Position numbers and translations under genes: made by a program. From contig CM074511.1 in the NCBI GenBank assembly GCA_037379345.1, positions 59,898,862-59,962,861 of the forward strand: a stretch of DNA of 64,000 bases. Reading direction: 5' to 3'. Below the pieces are notes generated by a model that saw nothing but the letters and a program-made list of their open reading frames with translations, was not told the origin of the DNA and searched no databases. Source of the DNA: Perna viridis (lineage: Eukaryota). Positions 1 through 14,467 of this stretch are shown here, one piece after another (position 1 is the stretch's first letter; every line of letters begins with the position of its first letter).

Positions 1-40
1 TGGTTTGACATGGGCGTGTGTTCAATGTTAACATATATCT

Positions 41-92
41 TAATCATACCAGAACATCATACTCCTTTTAATCATACCAGAACATCATACTT
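41..92. repeat. Tandem duplication, 2 x 28 bp
   Basis: taatcataccagaacatcatact at 41 and 69. Confidence 0.9.
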
Positions 93-422
93 CCTTCCAT
101 CAAGATGCTACAAAATGTTTCCACAAAAGATCAAGAAACAGTGACATTACACTTTTAACATTCCTATATGTACATGTAGTGATCATTTAAGTATATGTCT
201 TTGTAAGAACTATAAAATAAGACTTACAAATAGCATATGTTCCAGCTGGATAATTTTGAAGAAAATAATAAATTGATATTTCAAGCTTTATAATGGTGCA
301 GTCAGTTCCAAAAATTTTGATCTACCTTCTATGATAAATTCGCAAAAATTCTTTGAAAGTTCTGCAATTTCACAACTTTGAACATTTTTGTGGTATTAAG
401 CATCTGATTAGTGGTTGTAAGA

Positions 423-518
423 TTGCAGACCAATGTTCCATATACATGTAGCTATATTAGTCACAGTAACCTTGCAGACTTATGTTCCATATACATATAA
501 TATATTAGCCACAGTAAC
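423..518. repeat. Diverged tandem duplication, 2 x ~49 bp
   Basis: ttgcagac..atgttccatatacat..tatattag.cacagtaac at 423 and 472. Confidence 0.85.
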
Positions 519-810
519 TGTCTTAGCTTAGGTTCTTGCGTTCTTAATGTCCCTGTTAAAACTTGATTACAAAATATATTCTCTCTGCAAGTTTTCATAT
601 CATACATGTAGTGGCTACAGGACAGGTAACTTAGATTTGACATACTTGGTCAAATTGGCTACCAAGTACCTCAACATACAGACTAAGGGCAATAACTCAA
701 AGTCCTTGACATGACATTACTGTCTTTTCCCAATATTCTATATTTAATACATTTATAGAATGAACTTGAAATTATTCTATACCATTAATGAGACTATTCA
801 ATTTTTATAT

Positions 811-1041
811 GGCAAAAAAAAATAATAGTCTTGTTTCCTGCTAGTGCTACCATCATAAAAAAGTAGGGTAGGAAGGTTGGGAAATGATTTTATTTTTCAA
901 AAACATTTTACATTGAATTAAAGGGGAAACAATCTTGACTTAAACAGTGCTTGAGCCAAAAAGACAACAAAATGTTTAGGGCAGGCACATAAAATAGGCT
1001 AGTTAGGGTAGCAGGAAACAGACATATTATTTTATTTTGCC
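811..1041. mobile_element. MITE (~230 bp) with ~33-bp imperfect terminal inverted repeats
   Basis: ggcaaaaaaaaataatagtcttgtttcctgcta (811-843) versus tagcaggaaacagacatattattttattttgcc (1009-1041); no coding capacity; TSD not clean. Confidence 0.7.
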
Positions 1042-1212
1042 TAAAATGATAATTTAGTAGTATGATGAAAGTGAAATCTTTTAACGCTCCTGAAGAAACA
1101 TTGATTAAAAACAACTTTGATAATTTTTGTTAGCTCTGATTTGATATATTAAACATATAACCTTCAAATGTGGTAAATTTTGGAATGATATATGTCATAA
1201 AGCATTATACTG

Positions 1213-1310
1213 ATTGTCATGGTCTGATATGTCTATTGGCCGAAATGTCCGGCATTCATAAGGAATTATTGGTTGTCATGGTCCGAAATGTCTTTGGGTC
1301 GAATTGTATG
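1213..1310. repeat. Degenerate short-unit repeat (ggtccgaaatgtc-type), likely a transposon remnant
   Basis: ttgtcatggtctgatatgtct, ggccgaaatgtcc, ttgtcatggtccgaaatgtct, ggtcgaattgt. Confidence 0.5.
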
Positions 1311-4300
1311 GCATTAGTAATCATTATGCTAATCTGGTTCCCTGGTCAATATTATAAGCAATATGAGTAAGTTGCCGCTTATGAAATAAATAAAAACAAA
1401 AGATTAGATTATCTAAATTATCTTTATAATTGTGCATTTATATCGAAAAATATTTAAATGTATTTTTCTTGAAATTTGATATTAGAACATATAAAGGTAA
1501 ATAAAATAATGTCATATTCACTCAGCCAATCAAAAGAAAGAGGATGTCACTGGTGACCTGGGGTTATATTTGAGAGAAAATTGTGGAATGAAAATATTAC
1601 CTGAACTTCCAGGTTAACATTATGCTTCTTATAATTTGCGAAACGTCTTAAAAGATTTCTTTTATTTTATTCAGTTTCACTTGATTCAGTTTTGATTTGT
1701 ATCATTTAATTATGTTTCTATTACAAGTTGATTCACTTTATCGATTTGTTTCGTTTTGATTCTTTCTTTCATCTATTATTTTCGTTTCGCAACTTTTAAG
1801 ACCCGAAAATTATGGGTAATATTAATTACGTAATTTTTGTAAACAACTGGGCACCATACTGCAGACTATTATGACCAACCCTATCTTGGAAAAGCTATGA
1901 TTCTATTTGTATTTAATTATCAAAACTAGCGAATATTTTCTGAGACTGGTTTGGCTCTCAATCGCATATATCCAAGTACACGCAAATGAAGCTGCCATTA
2001 TGCTGTTTACCAGCACCTGAAAATGAAGCTACAAACTGGATATTGATGCTTTTTCTTGCCATTAGTATACAGTACCAAGTTGATAATACAACCATTAACG
2101 CTTCCGAAGTATTAATAATTATATGTATAAGTAAAAATAAATGCATTACAGTAATGATACAATGCTTTGACAGGTATATTTTTTGTTATTTTACAACAGA
2201 GAAGAAGAATTATACTTACTGGTTAAAACATGGTCATGTGATATTGACTTAAAGGCATTTTGGGCATTAACACAGGATATTACCCAGAGCATTTCCACAC
2301 AGTAATGGTAACTTCAAATTCTTCGAGGAATTAAACAGGTTAGTTGGTTATTTGATGATTGCCCTTGGGAAGTGATATCGCTTCAACTGTATGCCTTAGT
2401 CTGGCTTAAGGCATTATCATTTCAGGCAATACTAACCTCGACAATGGATAATATGATGCCCTCTACATGTACATATGCAACTGGTATAATTATTATTAAA
2501 ATTACAGCTAATTGTAGCAAGGTAATGTTGTTTTTTTTGGGGGGAGTGGGGGGTGGTTATTGCAATACTCATCATATTACTATCCAGAACTAGTTACATT
2601 TCTTTTTTCTTTAATCAGTCATAAGAATGAAAGAATTTTTTTTTTTGGTAATAGTAATATTACTACAATGTTCACTTAGCATACACATGTGATGTGTATC
2701 ATGGTCACTACATTTACAAATGTATATTGTCATACATGTATGTATGTGTATGCATGCCAAATGTCCAGCACTGGCCCTAACTCCTTTGGAAAATATTTTG
2801 TCACCATTCAACACTGAAGGGAAAATGTATATCTTTTTGTATGTGTGGTATATTCTTGAGAGTTTTTGATACAGATGTACTTTGAATACACTCTCAATGA
2901 AGGGAAGGCTGGTGGTAGAAGTATCAAAAAGTATTCAGCAAATTGAATGAGAATAGTACGCATGAGAAATCATGCATACTATTATCATTCAAGACTTAAG
3001 ATTTCAACAGCAACCAAACTGGCTTACAAAGTATGCCGCAAAATGAGCCACCTGTAGAAAGTCACAAACCAAATTTGAAATCAATCTGTCCAATGGGGCC
3101 AAAGATTCAGTACGGTATATCAGACCAGAAATCCATTAGACAAAGACCACTCCTTCCAATTTTTATCAAAGAAACCTCAGTTTCTTCCTGAGCATTTCAG
3201 GTACAACTATACCACCTGCTCCATAAAAAATGCACAAAATGCACATGTACATTGTATAAACAGGTGAAATCTACAGAGAATCAAGTCATACAATAGACTA
3301 GTCCCTTTTGAGAATCATAGCTGGAAATACTTTTTGTTTTGACCACAACTGTTTCTTTTTATTTTTGCCAACAAATATTACAGCACCAAACCCCAAAGGG
3401 ATAAATAACAGAGTACATTGTAGTTGCATTAAACCAATGGCACATTTGGGATAAAACAAAGTTAGCTTATCTTCTCCAGAATTTTTAGTTTGCTTTATTT
3501 TAGGTAGTACAGAAACATGGGTTTTCTTAGACAGAATAATTATGACATCTGAAAGCTCATTTAACATTTCACATTCATCTTTTATCAAATCTGCCTTTTA
3601 TTTTTAATCTTTAATATTTTTGCTGCTTTCTACAAAGAATATTCTTAATTGTACAAAAGGTGATGGATCAAATTCAAATTTAAAAAAAAAATGACCAATG
3701 TAAAGACTGTCCTCTAAGTCTAAGAATGCATGGATTGGATGCCACGTTCATAAACAACAAAAACAACAAAAACATACAACAAAATGCACCGAAGAAAATA
3801 TATTGACAGGAGACCACTCCTGACGGATGACAGAAAGGAAAGTTTAGCCAAACGGATAAACCATAATTAATGTTACCTTGCAACTCACTATTTTTTTTTT
3901 TTTGGTCACTTTCAGGTAAATAAATCTGAACTTATTCAAGGGTTCACGAATATAAGGGAGGGAAACGCGAAAAAAGATGTAACACTAATCGATGGAGGTT
4001 CAAATCGTCCCCGAATTTGTTCGCCAATAATTTTCCTGTTACATAAAAAACATAGTTATTCTGGATTAAATTCCAGTTACTTGATGCTTTGTTCAAACTT
4101 TTTACCATATGGTTCCATTAAAATCTACATCAAACAGTATATTTTAATACAAGGCAGTGAATCCCTGCATGAAGGCAGCATCAAGCCTAGAAAAAAATTA
4201 ACCAAATAAGTAGGACTCCCGGTCTTTTACAAAAAAGTTCCATATGCATTCCACAAATTGATTCAATTTAAAACTTGTGTCCATGAAATGCAACATTCTA

Positions 4301-5444
4301 CTTACCATTTATGATCACTTGATATTTGAGAAAGTCCAGTCTTAGTGATAGATGCAAAGGAGTTATAGTTGGTTGGAACTCCCCCCTTTTTTGTTAGAGA
4401 ATACTTCAAATCTCACATGCGACTTTCTTCCATTCTCTGCAGATAATTTGATTGAATTCCAGTGTAATGTCATTGTAATGAGTTGTTTTGCTTAAAAATG
4501 TTTTACACAAAAGTTGGGAGAATTGAACTTTTTTTAAGGGGATATAAGAAATTAGAGAATAATTCACCTAGTACTAAATACCTCCAACATTAATATTCAA
4601 ATAAATGAGAGTATTTTCAGTACTCGTTAAAGCTCATGTTGAATATATCATTAATTTTGCTACTGATAATGGAGAACTCTGATAATTATATACATGCAAG
4701 AAGCTAGAATGACCAGGATGTTAGATTTTAGTCATATCCTATTCCTAATGACTAGGTCCTACCTTTGAGCAAGATCTCAAGATTACTATGTGATATGATA
4801 AGGAACAAAAAAAAAAATACAATATTCTATATGAATCAATCAATATAAGTGTTTATGGATTTAGTTTTGCAGTATTAGTCAATTGTGTGGCTGTTTGGGA
4901 ATCTAGTGATATGACTCCTTTTATATCAATGTTGTAAAAATTGAAAAAAATAGTTTTGTGTAACCATTTTACGATTTTTTTCAACAACCAACTTGCATTG
5001 TTAGCAGCATTCTTCAAGTATATGGATGGTATCTTATAAGATTATCAATAACTTTTTATTGAAAGATAAAAACAAAGACATGGAACCTTTACAAACATCG
5101 TCATATCATTTGTTAATACCATGATTGAAAATTTGTGTTGTTGGAGAGAAAATTAATACATTATATTAATATGAAGTTCATTTGTGTGAGTTAAATACTG
5201 GACCATTTGATTGTGGAGTTTTTCAATCAGGATATGTACAATGCAAGTATGGGACCCAACAGCAGCAACCACTACTGTCTGGATTGTCAGCACTTCATAA
5301 TAAATATTTTGGTAGTTTGGTTGTAACAGTTTGTTTTTGCCACCGTACAATAGTTGTGTTTGATAAGGCTGCAATGCATCTACAGAGCAACTGATTTACT
5401 GCTCACCTTTGGTATTAAAACACAAAAATACTAACAAAGACAAA

Positions 5445-7815
5445 ATTCCAGTTTCAACAATAGATATTTTAATGCTCATGTTGTAATAAAGGTATAATTA
5501 TGTACATGCCTACTGGAAACAAATGTTGCATAATGTTTGACAAAGAAGGCACAAAAGCAGCACAAAAATCTGAACACAATACAGGTGACATGGTTACAAA
5601 ATGTACAGGTATACTCTACATTGAAGGTATCCCTGTTCAACTAATATTATTAAAAAACTCACTCAATGGAAAGAGCACAAATACATGATGAAAGTACGGA
5701 TAACAAAATTATTTTTTTATCAACATGGAAACTCTCATTGTAAGATATAATAAACCAGAACTTATTGTTCACATTTTGTGACCTTCCAAAAAAATTGTTT
5801 TTGCTATTTTTTCAGGAACTGCAACAGATGCTTTAAATAAAAGTTTATTTCTGACTTCATAGTATTTGAATAATTGTACATGAGAAGTATACCATTTATT
5901 GCTAGGAGTTACTTTTTATTTTTTTAATACTGGTAATAGTTTTTTTTTGTTCATAATGCCTATGGCATTCCTTTACAATTTCAGAAAACAAATAACCCTG
6001 GTTTGAAGAGCACACTTACCATCTCTATAAATAAATGAAATATGGGGCCATAATGTAGTAAACCACAAGTTTTCTACAATTAAAGACCAAGATTTTTCAC
6101 TTTTAACAACTTCAAAGTGTTTAACTTAAGTTTTTTAAAGTTTGTGACCAAAACCTACTTAGAATATATTACTATTTATACATGTAGAAATATATCTATA
6201 CTCCCCTATCCTATAGTTTAAACCTTTACTCAAGTGTTTACAAAACAAGTACAGTGTATACAGTAAAACATTATAAAATCAGCACTAGTTTTATAACAAT
6301 TATGTACAGAAAAATTATATACACACTTAAACTTTATACATATAATCTATAAAATTATAACATTGTAAAGTTTTAAAATAATTGCTAAGGTTGTCAACAA
6401 AGAAAGACATCACTACTTATAATCCTTGATTTGAAAACATTTTGGGTGTACTTGAAATGTTCCTACATTGAGACAAACATGTATAATGACAGTATCACTG
6501 CTGTAAATAACTACAGTGTCAACAATCAAAGCTCTCACAAAACAACCATCAATACTTGACTGTCTCTCATGTATTGTTTCACTTTCTGCTTAGATGTTTA
6601 CCAGTATGACACACAAGATGAAATACTTTTGAATGATATTGTATTCATTATCTTCAGAAAGTAAACAATGTTTACTTTAGCTTTGTTTGCTATGATACAG
6701 AACTGAAAATTTGAATGATAGAGAAACTATACTATACATGTCATTATTTGTAATCAACTATCTACTATGAAATAAATACTTAAGTGACTGACCATGACTT
6801 ACATTACCAACATACATCTACTTTCATGTTACCAAAGACTACATTGTTGTACATGTATGTATAAATTTGTTAAGTAATTTACATACATGTACATGTGTAT
6901 GTGTGAGTACATAACCAAGAGTATCCTGATTTTTATGACTAGAATCCATACATTTATATTTAACTTAATGATAAACGAGCTATACCCTGACAGTTAAAAT
7001 ATTGAATACATATTTACATATGATGGTGCTGGAGTATGTACATATGCTAATGACTCATAAGATGTAAGAAAGTATGACAGAGACTTCAATAATTTATCTT
7101 CTTTCAACAAATACAGTCGCCATATTTCAAAATTCATTCTTTTTAGATTCAACACCCCAAACATCCTGTTTTCTTAGATCAATCTTCTCAATGAATCAAC
7201 TTTTCAGGCATTTCACAACATTGAATTGATCATATCTTTAATTTTTAAAAATGTAATTTTGCAGACATTACACAGAATGTGATAGCAGTTCCTGACAATC
7301 TATGATGAAGTTTGGCACATTGTTGAATACATGATACAGTTACTTTTACAACACCTATGTCTGACCAAATACAATTATTGAAAGTTCAAGGGTGAAAATG
7401 CAATATTCATATTGGATTTTGATTTCTTTTTTTTTCTAAAGTAACAACATTCTGGTAAATAAAATTTTAAGGAAAAGAAAAATAAAAAAGTTGGTATACT
7501 GACAGAAAAGGTTAAGAAATATCAGACATATCTGAGCAAAATTCATTTTGAATTTTAGTTTTGGCATCAAAAACTGCCAAATAATTTGTCAAATTTTCTT
7601 ACATTAACATAGCAGAAAGTCAGGTCATTGTATATGTAATCACTATTGAATTTTGATGCAATAGTACAAGCATAATGTACTAAAAGTATCAATATTATGA
7701 AAATTTCACTAAATGCTTCTCATCTAAAATTGTATTAAAATATTATCATAAAATTTTGATTGTTGTGTATTACAAGTACCTTAATTACGATACACATAAA
7801 TGGTACATAATATCA
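5445..7815 (-). other. Probable prickle 3' UTR (~2.3 kb)
   Basis: U/G-rich on the minus strand; ATTAAA at 5468-5473 followed by a GU/U-rich tract (ttttgtctttgttagtatttttgtgtttt); an alternative AATAAA lies at 5844-5849. The 3' end is inferred. Confidence 0.45.
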
Positions 7816-9183
7816 CTATGATATTACACATTGTTTATTTTTGTTCTTGTGTCGCCCTCTACCTAGAGGTAAAGTCTGGTAAGTATTTCTGCCTCCAAGC
7901 CCAACTCCCATATCATCAACATATGTTATACGAGGTCCATTCCGTCTTGGAGGTTCATAATAATAAGGATAATCGTCAGAATCACTAGAACTAGAACATG
8001 TGCTACATCTATCATCATCATAACCTTCAGCATAACCTTGAGGCATTTCGTGTTGGTAACTTCTATCATAATAATGTCCTCTTGGTTTTCCTTCAAAACT
8101 ACGACTCCTTGGATACCTGGATGCAGGTATACTTGGATCAAATTGCACATTTTTAGGTCTTGTTATGGGGTTCATTCTTTGTCCATCATTTATGGGAGTA
8201 GTCTTAATATCTGGATTTTGAGTCATATTACTAGTATTTTGTAATTCTGGTTGTGATTTAAAAGATTCATAATTGCTACTGTTTCTGCTTCCTTTTCTAG
8301 AACAATGATGATGATTGTTATGAACATAAGGGACGTCATAATAAGTAGCACCAAGTTCCTCATAGTTCTGAAAATGTACAGATAAATTCTTTTCTGATCC
8401 AGAGCGACTTCTATTTCTTGGATCAAAAGCTGGTTTCTTCTCCATTACAGGTTCTTGTGGTGGATCAATACTCAAATCAGGCATAGAAAATTGTGAAAGT
8501 CTATTTTTCATTTTGGCTTCTTGGATTGGAAGAGATTCTTTAAAATTGTCAAAATTAAAATTATTTGATTGTGTATCCTTGATCATAGGTATTGATGTAG
8601 ATATTGGTTCATACAAACAGCCAGGAGCATACACTTCACTATTACTACTGGTAGCATACCCCTGATCTCTGTCAGAGGATGGCAAACTGTCTGTTAATGA
8701 ATACTGTTGTCTTAGAACTTCCTGTATACTGGCCACACTATTGTCTTGTAATGCATGACTGATTGGAGAACCAAGTCTTATATCATTAGACTCTTGCATC
8801 AAATAGTCCTCTGGTCTCCTAGGAGTCTGTGTCTGCATTGAACCTGCTCGACTACAGGCTGCAGAACAATATATCACACCATGCTTAGGTAAGAATGGTT
8901 GTCCTAGCAACGACTTTTGACACGTATGACATTTAAAACATTGTTCTGTTGCATGCCAGTGTTGACCTTCATGAGTCATTTGACCATGGTCAACACCAAT
9001 GTGCTCTCCACAAGTGTCACAATATTCAGAAAACATTTGTTCAAAGCAAACACAACAGTAAGGTCGGCCATTTTTCATGATGTATCTCTGTCCGCCTAAT
9101 TGTTTATCACATTCAAAACAACAAAAATGTTTCATGTGCCAACTCCTGCCTTCAGCTTCTGTGCATTCATCGGCAAAAATTAT
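7816..9183 (-). CDS. prickle: prickle last exon: LIM2, LIM3, long disordered region, [12 protein letters not shown] motif, polybasic stretch and CAAX (CVIS)
   Basis: ttcattatag| acceptor then [20 protein letters not shown], extending the tracked ORF by 16 codons; ends ...[12 protein letters not shown] then TAG. Confidence 0.97.
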   Translation of the reverse strand: MIFADECTEAEGRSWHMKHFCCFECDKQLGGQRYIMKNGRPYCCVCFEQMFSEYCDTCGEHIGVDHGQMTHEGQHWHATEQCFKCHTCQKSLLGQPFLPKHGVIYCSAACSRAGSMQTQTPRRPEDYLMQESNDIRLGSPISHALQDNSVASIQEVLRQQYSLTDSLPSSDRDQGYATSSNSEVYAPGCLYEPISTSIPMIKDTQSNNFNFDNFKESLPIQEAKMKNRLSQFSMPDLSIDPPQEPVMEKKPAFDPRNRSRSGSEKNLSVHFQNYEELGATYYDVPYVHNNHHHCSRKGSRNSSNYESFKSQPELQNTSNMTQNPDIKTTPINDGQRMNPITRPKNVQFDPSIPASRYPRSRSFEGKPRGHYYDRSYQHEMPQGYAEGYDDDRCSTCSSSSDSDDYPYYYEPPRRNGPRITYVDDMGVGLGGRNTYQTLPLGRGRHKNKNKQCVIS

Positions 9184-10289
9184 CTATAATGAAAGATGAA
9201 GGTGTTACTTCCTTAAAAACATAGTAACGGCTTTTTACACTTCTACATTTTAGAAATTATGTTCACTGTTCATTGCATCTCTATACATAACATATTTTTA
9301 AAGTTAAGTCATAAATGGTCCTTTCTTGGATTTTTCTGTAGTTATGGAGTTTTCCCTTTGTAATAAAAATAAACAGCTAATTCATGTATATATAACATTT
9401 TGCTTGTTGTACTGAAAATTATGATAAAGGATAAAAGCATATACAATGTAAAAGAACAAGTTCACTTTTTCTAAGGTTTTTCCTACAAAGAGTAACCTAT
9501 ACAACATCGATATAAAGATACTAAGTATTGGGACCCCAGACAATCTTCACAGGGAACCAGTTTTTTTATTTGTTATTAATGTATACAAGTCTAAGAAAAA
9601 AATCAAATATCCATCAATATAAAAATATATATTGGCGGAAGTCTAAGATCGACTATTGTGATAGTCTGAATTACTCAGTTCATTACAATTATTGTCCTCT
9701 AGAGGAATATATTATTAAGTGTCTGCAACAGATTGATTTTTTACACTGGTTATACAGTACAATAGTGCATCATACAACTTTTTGTGTTACCCTATCAGGT
9801 TTTATTATGCAGGATATGATCCCATAACACAGCCATATTAATTTCTGTCTGAAATTCCATTTGTCTAATAATGCCTTATTGGTCTGTATTTATGATCAAT
9901 TTATAGGTTGTGACCATTAATGAATTCCAATGAATATGTGGGTTTATGAATATAGAAGCAAATACCTAATACTGACATACTGTTACTTATGCAAAAGAAC
10001 TCATGTATGGGTAAAAAGTTCAGATCATGCAATGATAAAATCCCATGTCAATCTCCATCAATGTAGCGGTTGATCAATTTCATTTTAAAAGTGACTTTCA
10101 ATTTATTCTTGAGCACCTTACATGTACTTCAAATGATTTCCTGAACTGAATTCTTTCCCTACTGTAAATAGGTCAACTTTACTTTTTAAATTTTTTTGTA
10201 TAGTCAAAAATTGAGAATTTCTTCTCCAGGAGTTATTGCATCCTACGGTACAATTTACTTTACTTAATACACAGTTACACAACTATTAC

Positions 10290-10493
10290 CTCATCACATG
10301 CAGCACACCGAGGTTTAATAAGTTCAGCATGATGACGACCACAGTATAGGAAGCCATCTTTGTAGAAGTATATAAGATCTACTAGCAGTTCATCACAGCT
10401 TAGACAAGTGAAGCATTTAGGATGCCAGCATTTTTCATGGCCAGCTCTGGAGGCAAACACAGCCATACACCCCCCTGGGATCATCTCTTGGCA
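10290..10493 (-). CDS. prickle: prickle exon 5, LIM1 and start of LIM2
   Basis: ttttcag| acceptor, GAG|gtaata donor, 204 nt; [21 protein letters not shown]...[19 protein letters not shown]. Confidence 0.97.
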
Positions 10494-11532
10494 CTGAAAA
10501 TGGAACAAACACAGACTGATAAGGTTTTTATTACTTAATGAAATAGCTCCTTATTTACAACCATTAACAGCTAGTCTACTTCTTACTGATGTACATTATA
10601 CTATTAGAGTTACCTCCCTTACACCAAACTGAACAGTTTTACAGGTCCTAATCATTAACCTGATTGCTGAACCAAGTCCTAGCTGAAAATGAATGTGTAT
10701 CATTTAACCATAATTTTACTCTTCACAGAGCCTTTAATTGTGCAGCAGTCTGATAATGTGCACTATATGCATAATAGGCTAATGCACCTAACTACACAGA
10801 TGCACTTAAGATATGGGAATAATTTAATTATAGCTATAAATAATACCCCAAGTAAAACCTATCCCTTTAAAATTACATGCTTTTGTTTAAAGCAGTTAAA
10901 TCTGCCCTTAAGCTTAAAGACAGGATTGTGACACGAAAACATTATTAAGTATTATTATATCAACTTACAGAAAATCTATAACTGAAACATTTATTTTATA
11001 AAAAAAAAGGTTATTCGGTTACCCAAATATGAATTTGACAAATTACAACAATCTTAAAGTTAAACCAGTATTTTTGATATTGGAAAAATGTCTTTACAGA
11101 TACAAAGCAGATCATCAATTTGAAGCGGTAATAGATCATTATACATTACTTCAGACCAGGAAAGTCGGAGTTTAATAGATGACCTTATATTTAATCATTG
11201 TGAATCTTTGGTATCTAAACTCTTTAAGTTCAAGGCATTTTAATTTTAAAAGTTAATTTGAACCCATGCTAAGCAAATACATAAACTACTTGAAAAGGTT
11301 GAGGATAATGTCCATCCTATAACATTGATAGTACGAATGAAAAGGCTTTTATAAGTAAAGCTGTGAATTATTCAGTTTAGGGCATAACAAAAAAAAAAAA
11401 AAAAAAAAACTGTGTTGAGTTAGTGATCATTCTGTGTAAGTCCTCATAAAAAATGATAAAATTTGTACAACCAGTATACTACTACATCCCTCATAATGTT
11501 TTTATTTTACTTTATTTTATTACATCAATTAC

Positions 11533-11784
11533 CTTTGCACAAATACTGCCTTGCATTGTAAGAGGCAAGGGTCTAACACTCCCCCTGCCAAGAGCTTCTC
11601 TCTTCCTCTGAGAGCTGAACATCCGTAACTCCCTCTTCTCTTCCTCACTGAGGATGTTACAATATCGAACTTCATTATCATGTGGAGGTAACTGTTGTAG
11701 CAATTGTCGAACACGATACTTTTCACCAAGACTGTTTAAATATGGGACTTTGTCTTCTGGCAACCCACTAAAGTACTGATGGAC
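11533..11784 (-). CDS. prickle: prickle exon 4, PET domain core ([15 protein letters not shown]...[11 protein letters not shown]...REALGRG...ICAK)
   Basis: tttttcag| acceptor, AAG|gtaatt donor, 252 nt, phase 0-0, PET consensus. Confidence 0.97.
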
Positions 11785-14467
11785 CTGAAAAATAAAATTT
11801 AGAAATTGATAAAACTTTTACAAGCTATAACCAGCACCAATTACTATAACTTAAAAAAAATAAAATGTGCTATTAATCTCCCCAATTTGCTGCCAGTCAC
11901 TGGAAGATGGATTTTTAAACAGTATGACTTGTACTGTTACCATGAATACAAATCCAATGTATTCTGCTAGCAATTATTTTTAAAAATCTATATTTAAGAC
12001 CCATTTTACATCAGTGTTTTGGAAAAAAAATTACGATGCAAGTATGCAAACAGTGCAAGAAAAGTGTACATCTGACCATACTTCAGGTAATAACATTAAC
12101 ATTTCTTATTTTTATCCAGCCCTCAATCAAATGCCCTGTTTATCTATCCTATATCATTCAACTTCACAATAAATTGTGCAACAATTACATGGTGCAGACA
12201 TAAAATATGATCAGGAAAATACTGTTATCAGGAAAATGAAGCCATTTAATTTTGCATCCACTATTTATCCAGCCCAGTGGCCCATTAAAAAAGCTGTTAA
12301 TTTATTTTACATCAAATAATAATACACCCTAAATACCTTTAATTCTTTATCACTGCCATAATATGATCTAATAACCTCAGAGAAACTGACATAATTTAAA
12401 GCCAGGGGTATATGATTTAAAAGTCTATCATGAAATTATGATGTTGTAACTGTTAATAATATACATTGGTTTTAACAGTAGTTTTCAACTTTCAGTGTAG
12501 TTAATTCAGCTTAAAAACTGGTATTCTTTTATACAGCAAGTGATTACAAAGCAGAAATCTAAAGAGTTAACTAAATTTATAGATTTACAGCTACCAGAAT
12601 TGGTCCAACCAATAAGTTTTACTACAAACTACTGGCAGAAAAAAAGGTTATAAGATTAATTGCTTCATTCAAACGATTAAACCAAATTTTTCAGTCTAAA
12701 GGAAAAAGTTATCAGCATTGACGACAAACTGGCTGAGATTTAGATATTTGTTTTCCTGCAATGACAATTAAACAACTGAAAAATTCTCGGTGATGCTCCA
12801 GGTCCTTAAAGTTAATTTTTGCTGTATTTAAATGAAGTGAAAACCTAAAACCAGTGTGTAAGATGAGCTAATACCAACATTGTAGAGCAAAAAATAATTT
12901 GACATTTAACATAATGAAAGACTCCAACTTAAAGATAATTTTTACACTTTTGTCATTCTTCACCTTTGTAAACAGATTATTGAAATGTATACTTCCAAAA
13001 TACAGCAATTATCTGTCTTGGCAAGGTCATTAGCACATCTTATCATAAATGATACAAAAATAGTCTGTTTTTAACTGGAAAAATGAGGTCCTTGATGGCA
13101 TAGTGGAGTTAAAATAGTCAGAGTAGACATATTACATGTTCAATAAAAAATACAAAGACAACAGGTAGTTGGAATTGACAAGAATTATGAAGACAGTCAG
13201 ACAAATTTAAAATGTTCATGTGATAAAGGGAGGATAAAATAAGTAAAACAAACATACAACAGGTTAAATGTAGAATTGCATAAAAACGAACAGATATTTC
13301 AAATGCAACAATAAGATAGTCAAGTTGTTTTGAGGCATCAAGATAACCAATATTTCATTATTTTTTTATTGTCTTGTGTGTCTGTTGTCTGAAATCTCAG
13401 AAATGTGTGAGATTTATGTCATGAATTCAAGAAAGGCAAACATTATCACCTATTTAAAATAACTGCTTGACTCTGACAGTTTAAAAATATCCTACATGTG
13501 CATTTAGCCTTAGCTTGGTGTACATGTACATCTGTTAGTATCTAATACCAGTTAGAGGAAATACTAATACTAAAAATTCTCTTCTAGATCATACAGATTC
13601 ATTTTGAACTCAGAGGAAATATTATGGTCATCTGAAAGACAAATACCCAGGATTATTTAGTTACTGACAAGATATGGAAAATAATAACAACAATGAGGTC
13701 AAGAAGTATGAAACAAGACACGGGTGGCACTGAGGCATCACCATTACTTTTTATAACCATATGGTCATGATGGTGATTAACATGTGCTCCTAATTTAATA
13801 ATAATTCAGCCTCATCTACATGTATATATATATGATGATGTACCCAGTACTTTCCTTCCATTAAGGTCCAGGAATACATACAGAAATACCAGTTGGTATT
13901 ATCACAAACTGCCTAAATCTCAGACAAATAGCTTCAAGTTCAATTTCATTTGACAAGCCAGTTTCAGAATATAGATTGACTTGTATAGCAAAATTATTAC
14001 AGTTACGTGATATCCCTTTAGAAATGGGTGAAAATCTGGGCAAAGTTACAAAATTCATCAAGTTTTTAATTAATAGAGAAAATTATATACCAAGGCTCTT
14101 GATGTAAGATTAATTGTATAATTCTGATAAGTTACAAAACTGGCCATAAAAACAAAAATATATAACTAATTGATGATTGACAGGTACTATAATCAGCTTT
14201 GATGTTGTGATATTTATACTGTTGGAAGGTATCAGACCCACACAGGATTAAATCAGAGAAGTAAACTAAAGCTATGTTAAGGTATGCAAGGGTTGGGGTT
14301 TCCAGCAATGTTAACCTAGAAGTGTGTCAGATATTACTGCCTGTTTTGATCTAATCATGATCAATCTTCAGTCAATTTATATAGCTGGTTGATACTGTAT
14401 CAGTTTGTAAATAAAAAATATCTATTAAGTCTACTGTAGCAGAGCATAGATTAATCTGATCAAAGAG

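Noticed and set aside
3003-3191. ~60-codon open stretch on the plus strand
   Set aside because: Bounded by stops, weak acceptor, no recognisable homology
7800-9099. Overlapping antisense and alternate-frame ORFs within the last prickle exon
   Set aside because: Shadow ORFs of a real coding exon; no motifs or independent signals
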